A DNA stretch of 64,000 nt from Patescibacteria group bacterium (lineage in GTDB: Bacteria > Patescibacteriota > Minisyncoccia > Phycocordibacterales > Zambryskibacteraceae). The stretch spans positions 18,370 to 82,369 of the forward strand of contig SCSN01000008.1 of NCBI GenBank assembly GCA_004322205.1, written 5' to 3'. Position numbers and translations under genes: made by a program. Of the stretch, positions 39,298 through 47,139 are shown piece after piece; the stretch's first letter is position 1; each line of letters opens with the position of its first letter. The notes under the pieces are model-generated. The model was not told where the DNA came from, did no database searches, and was given only the letters and a program-made list of their open reading frames with translations.

Positions 39298-39298
39298 A

Positions 39299-41671
39299 AT
39301 GCTAGTTTCCTACAAGTGGTTACAGGGATATTTTGATGAGCCGCTTCCTCCTGCAGAAAAGCTGGTAGAGCTTTTAACTAGATACGCCTTTGAAGTTGAG
39401 TCTGTTGAAAAAAGAGGAGAGGATTCTGTTTTGTACGTCAAAGTTCTGCCTGACAGAGCGCATGATTGCCTCTCTCACATTGGGATTGCAAAAGAAATCT
39501 CAACCATCTCTCGCCTGCCGCTCAAAACCGGCTTGGTTTCAGCGCGCCAACTCTCCGCGCCGGAATCAAATTTGCTGAAGGCAGAGTCAGAAGATCCTGC
39601 TTTGTGTCCTCGCTTCAGTGCGCTGGTCATAGAAAATGTTGAGGTCAAAGAAAGCCCGGGCTGGCTCAAGGATTTGCTTGCCGCAATCGGGCAAAAGTCC
39701 GTCAATAATATCGTTGACGTTACAAACTACTGCATGTTTGCCTACAACCAGCCGCTTCATGCCTACGATTTGGGCAAGCTCTCCTCTGGCGAAGAGGGCT
39801 ATAAACTTACTGCCAGAACCGCCGGCAAAAAGATGAAATTTCTCGCGCTGGATGATAAAGAGCACAATCTTGTTGAAACCGATTTGATTATAGCCGACGG
39901 AGTATCTGGTGAGACGCTCGGAATTGCCGGTATAAAAGGCGGCAAGGCGTTTCAAATAGAGGAGAACACGAAACGCATTGCTCTAGAGGCGGCAAATTTT
40001 AACCCTGTTTCAATCAGCAAAACTTCAAGACGCCTTTCTCTTCTGACTGACGCCTCAAGACGCTTTGAAAACGGAATTTCCCCGAGCCTGACGCTCATTG
40101 GGCTTTCCGAAGCTTCGAGACTGATTCTTGAGATTGCCGGGGGGGAGAAGATACGTGTTGAGGGACTTTGCGACTTTTATCCGAGGAGGGCCAATCCTTA
40201 CAAACTGGGAGTATCTCTTTCTGAAGTAAGAAATTGGCTCGGCCTTGATATAACTTCGGCTGAAATTGAGGAAATTCTCAATCGCCGCGGATTTGAGTGG
40301 GGGCTTGTCAGTCCTCGTGAAGAAATTGTTGCGCGCGCCAAAGAGCTCATCGGCGTCCCGTACAAATACGGCTCCAGTGTTCTTTACGACGCGCCGAAAA
40401 CATTTGATTGTTCCTCGTTTACAGCGTACTTGTGCGCGCAGGCGGGTGCCTCCATTCCGAGGATGACGATAGACCAGTATGTTTGGATGGAGTCGGTTGA
40501 AGATGGAGAAGCACAGCCAGGCGATTTTGTTTTTTCAAATACACATGACTTAAAAAGAGTGATACGGACTGAAAGTGTCGAATTTATGGCGGGCACAAAA
40601 GTGCCCGACGGGGTTGATCACGTTGGTGTTCTTCTCGGCGAAGGCAAGGTCGTTCACGCCACTGAAACTGCGGGAAAGGTTATAAAAGAGGAGCTGGCGG
40701 GAGCCCCGCGCTTTCAAGATTTACGCGGCTTCAGGCGAGCTGTGAGCGACGGGAAGAGATACGTTGTAACAGTTCCCGATGAGCGGCTTGATTTGAGAAT
40801 AAAGGAGGATTTGATTGAAGAAATCGGGCGGCTCTACGGTTATGACAGAATCGGCTCGAGGACCATATCTGGTTTTCCACAAGAGCCGGAGATCAACAAG
40901 ACCGCTTATTACTGTGATAGAATCCGCGACTTACTCCGCGCGAAAGGGTGCTCGGAAGTTATCACCTACGCCCTGCGCAGTGATGGGGAAGTTGAACTTG
41001 AGAATCCCACAGCCTCCGACAAGCGTTTCCTGCGCCGCAATCTCTCCGATGCTTTGAGCGAATCGCTTGAAATTAATGTCCGCAATGCCGATTTGCTAGG
41101 TCTCGACGAAATCAAAATTTTCGAAATCGGCAATGTTTTTCCAAAAGAAGGCGAGCGCCTATCCATTGCGCTAGGTGTGAAGAACGGCAGGGGTTCGGCA
41201 AAAAAGGAGACAGAAGAAGTCAAAGAAATTGTCAGCATGCTCTCTGCCGAGTTGGGGGTCGAATTTCCTCCACCAAACGGAGCAGTATATGAGGTGAATT
41301 TAGGGAAAATCTTGGACGGATTGCCCGCGCCGGAGAAACCGCTCTCTTACGAGAAGCCGCTCTCTTTTAGTTACAAGAAGTTCTCGCCTTATCCTTTCGT
41401 CGTTCGTGACATTGCTGTTTTGAGTAGCGAAGAACCAAAGAAGGTGGAAGAATTTGTTGTAAATGGTGCTAGAGAAGCCATCAAGGGCTCAAAGATTGAT
41501 TTGGTGAACAGTCGGATATTCGACGTCTTCGAGCCTAAGGAGGGAGGTAAGTCAACGGCCGTCCGCCTGGTGTTTCAATCGTCGGAGCGAACGCTTACAG
41601 ACAGTGAAGTGAACGAGATTATGAAGAAAGTGACAGAAGATGTTTCAGAAAAAGGTTGGCAGGTAAGATAA
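39299..41671 (+). CDS. pheT: Phenylalanine-tRNA ligase beta subunit with inserted NlpC/P60 domain
   Basis: B1, B3/4 (VNNIVDVTNY, QPLHAYD), B5 (DLIEEIGRLYGYD), FDX-ACB (RTLTDSEV); internal FDCSS...DHVG...VVHA. Confidence 0.92.
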   Translation: MLVSYKWLQGYFDEPLPPAEKLVELLTRYAFEVESVEKRGEDSVLYVKVLPDRAHDCLSHIGIAKEISTISRLPLKTGLVSARQLSAPESNLLKAESEDPALCPRFSALVIENVEVKESPGWLKDLLAAIGQKSVNNIVDVTNYCMFAYNQPLHAYDLGKLSSGEEGYKLTARTAGKKMKFLALDDKEHNLVETDLIIADGVSGETLGIAGIKGGKAFQIEENTKRIALEAANFNPVSISKTSRRLSLLTDASRRFENGISPSLTLIGLSEASRLILEIAGGEKIRVEGLCDFYPRRANPYKLGVSLSEVRNWLGLDITSAEIEEILNRRGFEWGLVSPREEIVARAKELIGVPYKYGSSVLYDAPKTFDCSSFTAYLCAQAGASIPRMTIDQYVWMESVEDGEAQPGDFVFSNTHDLKRVIRTESVEFMAGTKVPDGVDHVGVLLGEGKVVHATETAGKVIKEELAGAPRFQDLRGFRRAVSDGKRYVVTVPDERLDLRIKEDLIEEIGRLYGYDRIGSRTISGFPQEPEINKTAYYCDRIRDLLRAKGCSEVITYALRSDGEVELENPTASDKRFLRRNLSDALSESLEINVRNADLLGLDEIKIFEIGNVFPKEGERLSIALGVKNGRGSAKKETEEVKEIVSMLSAELGVEFPPPNGAVYEVNLGKILDGLPAPEKPLSYEKPLSFSYKKFSPYPFVVRDIAVLSSEEPKKVEEFVVNGAREAIKGSKIDLVNSRIFDVFEPKEGGKSTAVRLVFQSSERTLTDSEVNEIMKKVTEDVSEKGWQVR

Positions 41672-41694
41672 TAAGTTTGTAAAGTTAAAAGTCT

Positions 41695-42039
41695 GTGGAG
41701 CGTAAAATTTATAGTTTGAGATCCAGGGAAGTGAATCGCGATATTTTTGAGGCGATAAGAGGCGGCAAGAAAAAAGTGGAAACGAGAGCGGCAACAGAGA
41801 AATACCGCGGCATTAAAAGCGGCGATACGGTGGTTTTAAATTGTGCCGGTAAAAGTTTCAGGAAAAAAGTCGGCAGAGTTGAGCGATGCAGGTCAATTGG
41901 CGCGGTGCTCAAAAAATACAAGCCGGAGAGAATAAATCCAAAGACCCATACTGCCAAGGAAGCGCGGGAAATGTGGTACAGCTTCCCCGGTTACAGAGAA
42001 AAAATAAAGCATGGGTTGGTCGTGTTGCATTTGAATTGA
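41695..42039 (+). CDS. ASCH-domain protein
   Basis: FEAIRGGKKKVETR...IKSGDTV. Confidence 0.8.
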   Translation: MERKIYSLRSREVNRDIFEAIRGGKKKVETRAATEKYRGIKSGDTVVLNCAGKSFRKKVGRVERCRSIGAVLKKYKPERINPKTHTAKEAREMWYSFPGYREKIKHGLVVLHLN

Positions 42040-42080
42040 GAACATTAGACTTGATGACTAAATCGCAAGGTAGCGCAATC

Positions 42081-42437
42081 ATGAGCGAGTTAATAACAAA
42101 ATGGCAAAGACTGACTTCGAGAGTTGAGCCTCTTTGGACATTGATAGGCGCTCCGGTTATCCAAGAATTTATTTTTCGGCTTGTTCCTTACAAACTCTAT
42201 CTTAGTTACGGAGGTTTTTATATGTTTGGTATTTTGAGTTCTGTGTTCTTTGCAAGCATTCATTGGTATTTTGGAAAATGGTTCGTGGTATATTCTTTTG
42301 CTGGAGGTCTCGTTTTATGGTTTGTAATTGTGAACTACGGCTTTTTGTTAGCAGTTATCCTTCACGCGCTTGCGAATCTTGTGCTTTTGAGCTTAGGAAT
42401 TTTGCGGAAAGTTAAAGACAGATCAACCGTTGATTAA
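42081..42437 (+). CDS. CPBP/Abi-family intramembrane protease-like protein (short, QE variant)
   Basis: APVIQEFIFR, SSVFFASIH, HALAN. Confidence 0.7.
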   Translation: MSELITKWQRLTSRVEPLWTLIGAPVIQEFIFRLVPYKLYLSYGGFYMFGILSSVFFASIHWYFGKWFVVYSFAGGLVLWFVIVNYGFLLAVILHALANLVLLSLGILRKVKDRSTVD

Positions 42438-42467
42438 ACTTAAAAACTTTACAACTTACAAACTAAC

Positions 42468-43040
42468 ATGAAGCTGGATGTCCCGTACTACTCCCAGTTC
42501 AAGGATGTGACTGACCCGGAGTGGAGGCTCAAAGCCTGCACCATAGCGAATCTCAAGATGGCGCTGGAATATGCTCTCGGCGCGCCGGCTCCTTCGATTG
42601 ATGAACTCATAAAAGAGGGATTGTTAATTAGAGGATATGGGCCGCATGGCTGGATTCACGACGCCATTGTCAATTTGGCTCACAATCACGGCGTGCCGGC
42701 CTATCGCGAGGAGTTTAGGTCGGTGGCGGTTGATACGGCGCGGTCGGAGTTTTCGAGAAGCAAATACGAAGACAGTCTTCTTTCCTACAGTCTTGAGAAA
42801 TTCAGAAAAAAGCTTTCCGCGGGCGCATTAGTCATTGCCTCAACGCCACGTAATTGGGCGCCAGATGGAAATTTTCACACCACTCTCCTTGTTGGTTATA
42901 AAGAGAAGAATGGTGCTTTAAGCGGTTTTTACTACCACGACCCCGACGCCCCAAACGAACCCAAGAAAGATCAGTTTGTTGATGTAGAAACGTTTAAGGA
43001 GTACTGGCGCCGTCTAGCGATATTTTTTGAAAAAGAATGA
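42468..43040 (+). CDS. C39-like cysteine peptidase
   Basis: LDVPYYSQF, ACTIANLKM, H..LLVGY, YHDP. Confidence 0.85.
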   Translation: MKLDVPYYSQFKDVTDPEWRLKACTIANLKMALEYALGAPAPSIDELIKEGLLIRGYGPHGWIHDAIVNLAHNHGVPAYREEFRSVAVDTARSEFSRSKYEDSLLSYSLEKFRKKLSAGALVIASTPRNWAPDGNFHTTLLVGYKEKNGALSGFYYHDPDAPNEPKKDQFVDVETFKEYWRRLAIFFEKE

Positions 43041-43065
43041 GAGTTCTGGAATGCCCAGAACTCTC
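43039..43065. terminator. Hairpin between convergent genes
   Basis: GAGAGTTCTGG...CCAGAACTCTC. Confidence 0.6.
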
Positions 43066-43083
43066 TTGATGGTTCGCTATAGA

Positions 43084-43533
43084 TCACTCGTCAGACAGAC
43101 GGCGGACTTCTGCCCGTACCCCCTCTAGGGTAGCGCCCGCGTCACTGAGTATCTGAGAGGCAAGCCCGCCGGTGTCTCGCATCAGACCGAGCAGGATATG
43201 TTCGGCGCCGATGTGGGCACAACCAAGATCACGAGCCTCGTCAGAAGCAAGTTCGAGAGCTACTCTAGTGCGGGTAGTATATGGGATGTCAAATGACAGA
43301 ATTGGTGACGCTCTACCGCCCAGGAGAGTTTCTCTGATCCTGCCCTCAATTCTCTCGAGATTGACGTTGAGATTGAGCAGAGCAGCCACTGCTACGCTGT
43401 TTTCCTCCCGAATCAAGGCGAGGAGAATGTGTTCGGTGCCAACGTACTCGCGGTGTAGCCTCACCGCCTCATATCTCGCGTTAACCAGAATTTTCCTGAC
43501 GCGATCGGTGAAACGGTCAAGAATCGATGGCAT
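43084..43533 (-). CDS. Stand-alone Clp repeat (ClpC N-terminal domain) protein
   Basis: FTDRVRKIL, VGTEHILLAL, PYT, IGAEHILLGL; no AAA+ module. Confidence 0.85.
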   Translation of the reverse strand: MPSILDRFTDRVRKILVNARYEAVRLHREYVGTEHILLALIREENSVAVAALLNLNVNLERIEGRIRETLLGGRASPILSFDIPYTTRTRVALELASDEARDLGCAHIGAEHILLGLMRDTGGLASQILSDAGATLEGVRAEVRRLSDE

Positions 43534-43741
43534 CTCTCCCCCAGGGTGGAGTGTTGTATGATGTGCCTATCTTTTACGACTATATCATAAAGCTAACCTT
43601 TAGTCCAATAGTCCAAATTCTAAAGGGAGTCCTTGGAATTTCTTCGTCATTTACTCTCGTTTAAAGTATAGCAAAGCAAACATAAAATGAAGAGGCCCGC
43701 TCCGACGTAACGTCGGAACGGGCCTTCCAGTGAACCAGTTG

Positions 43742-44284
43742 CTACGCGCGCGGGACGGCCAGACAGCAGCGCTGGCTGAAGGCGCCCACGAGCCAGCTCC
43801 AGTCGAGCTCCGGCGCCTCGCCGTAGCAGTGGAGCACAGGCACGCGGCGGTGGCCGAGCTCGTCCACCAGGACCGTCCCGGCGAACACCAGGATGCGGCC
43901 CTTCGCCTCCTTAGGTAGGAGCTCGGGGTGATCCCAGTGGAAGAGTGCGTCCCGATAGCCGAGACGGAGCCCCTTCTTCGCGCGGACAAGCATCTCCTCC
44001 CAGCGGATCCATTCTTCATCACTGCCGGTGAAGAACTCGGCAAGCGCGATTCCGCCGCCGTGGAAAGGAGCATCCTCCACGACTTCCCGGACCCAGTCCG
44101 GAAAACGAACAGCGACGACCATCTTCGCAAACTTCGCGAAGAGGCTCCTAGACTCGGGTCGGGAGAGGCGGTGGATATCCTCGTCAGATCCGCCCTCCTC
44201 CCGGATCGTCGCGACTAGTGTCTCGATGATACTCGTCGCGACGCCCATGCCGCTGACGACAGCGGCAACGTCTTTCTTAGACAT
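43742..44284 (-). CDS. Hypothetical protein with DGR-target-like (CLec-like) C-terminus
   Basis: SD GAGGAG; strong GC3 bias; ends D..G.RRVP.L...L.W.W...F....LAVPR; hairpin 43693-43725. Confidence 0.75.
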   Translation of the reverse strand: MSKKDVAAVVSGMGVATSIIETLVATIREEGGSDEDIHRLSRPESRSLFAKFAKMVVAVRFPDWVREVVEDAPFHGGGIALAEFFTGSDEEWIRWEEMLVRAKKGLRLGYRDALFHWDHPELLPKEAKGRILVFAGTVLVDELGHRRVPVLHCYGEAPELDWSWLVGAFSQRCCLAVPRA

Positions 44285-44477
44285 TTCTCTTCTCCTCGTT
44301 TAGGCTCGCCCCTCACCCTAGCGTCCGCTAGGGCCCCGGACTTGCCATTGGTTACAGCGCCTAAGACACGAGGTTTCGCATCCTAAGCGCTGCAACCAGT
44401 ATTTGCGTAGCGTAGATGGTAAGGTACTGAAAGATAATTCCATTATGTATTATATACCTCTAACTCAATCCTGTCAA
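44285..44477 (-). promoter_or_regulatory. Consensus promoter and structured 5' leader of the 44284 gene
   Basis: TTGACA-N17-TATAAT (44477-44449); hairpins 44349-44398 and 44316-44333; GGGCGAGCC-T-AAACGAGGAG. Confidence 0.6.
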
Positions 44478-44621
44478 TACCTAGGAAATGGCTTGAGGAG
44501 TAGTTGAAAGTTGTCCGTTCTCACTCTTCCCTTCCTGACTTCAATTTGCTATAATTAGCTTGTAAAAATTGGCGTTTTTGAGCGTTTGCCCCGCCCAAAA
44601 AGAGGGCAATGTTTGTTTAAA

Positions 44622-46718
44622 ATGGCTGTCCAAAAATCAAAGATCAAAAAGAGTAAAGGTCAGGAGAAAGCCCCCGCAACTAAACGGGGACGTTATAGCG
44701 CTGAAGATATCACTGTTTTGGAGGGTCTTGAGCCGGTGCGCCGCCGTCCCGGAATGTACATTGGCACCACCGGCCCCGACGGTCTTCATCATTTGGTCTG
44801 GGAAATTTTTGATAATGCCCGCGATGAGGCGATGGCCGGTTTTGCCAATCGCGTCGAAGTCGCTCTGCTCCCGGGTAATCGGGTGCGGGTGACTGACAAC
44901 GGGCGGGGAGTGCCCGTTGACATTCACAAGCAGACCAAAGTCTCCGCTCTGGAGACGATTATGACTACTCTTCATGCCGGAGCAAAGTTCGGCGGCGGCG
45001 GATACAAGGTGGCCGGCGGTCTCCACGGCGTCGGCGCCTCGGTGGTTAATGCGCTTTCGGTCTGGATGAGAGCGGTGGTGCACCGCGACGGCGGGGAGTA
45101 TGTTCAGGAATACTCCCGCGGCAAGCGGAAGGGGGCGGTAAAGAAAGTTGGCCCTTCCAAGTTTGTCGGCACCGTTGTGATCTTCGAGCCGGATCCGGAG
45201 ATTTTTCCCGAAATTAGTTTTGATTACAACCGAATCGTCAATCACTTGCGCCAACAGGCGTATCTGGTCAAGGGTCTTCGCATTGTTATGATTGATGCTC
45301 GCGAGTATAAGGAAAAAATTGATGAGGATATTTTCTATCTTGCTGACCTTGGAGCGGAGATGCCTTCAACCACTTTTTATTTCGAGGGAGGTCTTCTTTC
45401 TCTGGTAAAGTTTTACAACCAGACGGAGAAACCGGTCAATAAAAACATCTTCTACGTTGAGAAAAAGCTCAATGAGTATGAATCTGTTGAGGTGGCGCTT
45501 CAGTACGTCGATGACATCTCTTCGCGCCTTATCCCTTTTGCCAATAACGTCTACAACTCTGAAGGTGGAACGCACGTCACCGGTTTCAAAACTGCTCTGA
45601 CGCGGACGCTCAACAACTATGCTCGCAAAAGCGGTTTGGCAAAAGACAATGGCGACAGCTTTACGGGAGACGATGTCTTGGAGGGGTTGACGGCGGTGAT
45701 TTCGGTCAAACTCCGCGAAGTGCAATTCGAAGGCCAAACCAAAGCAAAACTGGGCACGGTGGAGGCGCGGGGGATGGTGGAGAGCATCTTTGGCGACGCC
45801 TTTGAAGCGTTTCTTGAAGAAAATCCTGATGAGGCGAGAGCAATTTTGAATAAGGTTGTTTTGGCGCTTAAAGCCCGTAAAGCAGCCAAAGCGGCAAAAG
45901 ATTCTGTTCTGCGCAAGGGCGCGCTTGAAGGCATGACCCTTCCCGGCAAGCTGGCCGACTGCCAGTCACGCTCGGCAGAAGAGTCAGAGCTTTTCATTGT
46001 TGAGGGCGACTCTGCCGGCGGCACCGCCAAAATGGGACGTGACCGCCGTATCCAGGCGGTGCTGCCCTTGCGCGGAAAAATCTTAAACATTGAACGGGCG
46101 CGGCTCGATAAAATTCTCACCTCCGAGCAGATAAAAAATTTGGTGGTGGCGCTCGGCACAGCCATCGGCGACACTTTTGACATTGGCAAACTCCGTTATC
46201 ACAAAGTTATTATCGCCACCGATGCTGATGTTGATGGGGCGCATATCCGCACGCTTCTCTTGACTCTACTCTACCGTTTCTTCCGGCCGCTGATTGAAGT
46301 TGGTCATGTCTATATTGCCCAGCCTCCGCTCTATAAAATAAAAAAGGGCAAGGATGTTTTTTACGCTTTTTCTGATGAAGAGAAAATGAAAATTGTAGGC
46401 AAAGACGCTACTGCAGAAGAACAAAGAGAGACAGAAACCGAAGAAAGTGAAGAAGAACCTATTGAAGACGAAGCTAAACAAGCTGACAGACCGAAAGGCT
46501 CTAAAGTTTCCATTCAGCGCTATAAGGGTTTGGGCGAGATGAATGCCGAAGAACTCTGGGAGACAACAATGGATCCCGAGCGGAGAACCTTAAAACAAGT
46601 CACGATTGAAGACGCACAAGAAGCGGATAGGGTCTTTGACGTTCTTATGGGTACTGATGTACCTGCAAGGAAGAGCTTTATTCAGACAAACGCCAAACTG
46701 GCAAATCTGGACATTTAA
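44622..46718 (+). CDS. gyrB: DNA gyrase subunit B
   Basis: RRRPGMYIG, GGLHGVG, EGDSAGG, TDADVDG, RYKGLGEM. Confidence 0.96.
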   Translation: MAVQKSKIKKSKGQEKAPATKRGRYSAEDITVLEGLEPVRRRPGMYIGTTGPDGLHHLVWEIFDNARDEAMAGFANRVEVALLPGNRVRVTDNGRGVPVDIHKQTKVSALETIMTTLHAGAKFGGGGYKVAGGLHGVGASVVNALSVWMRAVVHRDGGEYVQEYSRGKRKGAVKKVGPSKFVGTVVIFEPDPEIFPEISFDYNRIVNHLRQQAYLVKGLRIVMIDAREYKEKIDEDIFYLADLGAEMPSTTFYFEGGLLSLVKFYNQTEKPVNKNIFYVEKKLNEYESVEVALQYVDDISSRLIPFANNVYNSEGGTHVTGFKTALTRTLNNYARKSGLAKDNGDSFTGDDVLEGLTAVISVKLREVQFEGQTKAKLGTVEARGMVESIFGDAFEAFLEENPDEARAILNKVVLALKARKAAKAAKDSVLRKGALEGMTLPGKLADCQSRSAEESELFIVEGDSAGGTAKMGRDRRIQAVLPLRGKILNIERARLDKILTSEQIKNLVVALGTAIGDTFDIGKLRYHKVIIATDADVDGAHIRTLLLTLLYRFFRPLIEVGHVYIAQPPLYKIKKGKDVFYAFSDEEKMKIVGKDATAEEQRETETEESEEEPIEDEAKQADRPKGSKVSIQRYKGLGEMNAEELWETTMDPERRTLKQVTIEDAQEADRVFDVLMGTDVPARKSFIQTNAKLANLDI

Positions 46719-46722
46719 CCAT

Positions 46723-47139
46723 TTACTCGTAGTGGAGCTCTATCTTGTCCCCGTCATGCATTACGTAGTTCTCGTATTCGCTATTTTCTTTGCCGTTGAC
46801 GGTCATTTTCACATTTTCTCCGAAAGAGTGTATATCTTTGCCCCAAACTTTGAAAAACTGACCGAGCTTGATGTCGTCTTGTCTCACTAACCCGTCAAAT
46901 TCGAGGTGAATCAACGGCAGGTCGTCGTGGGTGTGAATGGGGGAATGTACCGCCCCGAGGCCTGTGTTTTCGGGTATTTCAACTTTCTCTCCTTTAACGA
47001 GAATTTTCAGCCCCGGATGCCAGTGGATTCCGCCGCGAGCGATAACACCTGGATCATTTTTCTGGAGACTTCTTGACCAAAAGACTCCTCCGGCAAGCAG
47101 TAAAATAACAACAACAATAAGTATCAATCCCTTTTTCAT
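46723..47139 (-). CDS. Hypothetical secreted protein with His motifs
   Basis: Signal anchor, IHWHP, IHTHD, IHLE. Confidence 0.75.
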   Translation of the reverse strand: MKKGLILIVVVILLLAGGVFWSRSLQKNDPGVIARGGIHWHPGLKILVKGEKVEIPENTGLGAVHSPIHTHDDLPLIHLEFDGLVRQDDIKLGQFFKVWGKDIHSFGENVKMTVNGKENSEYENYVMHDGDKIELHYE

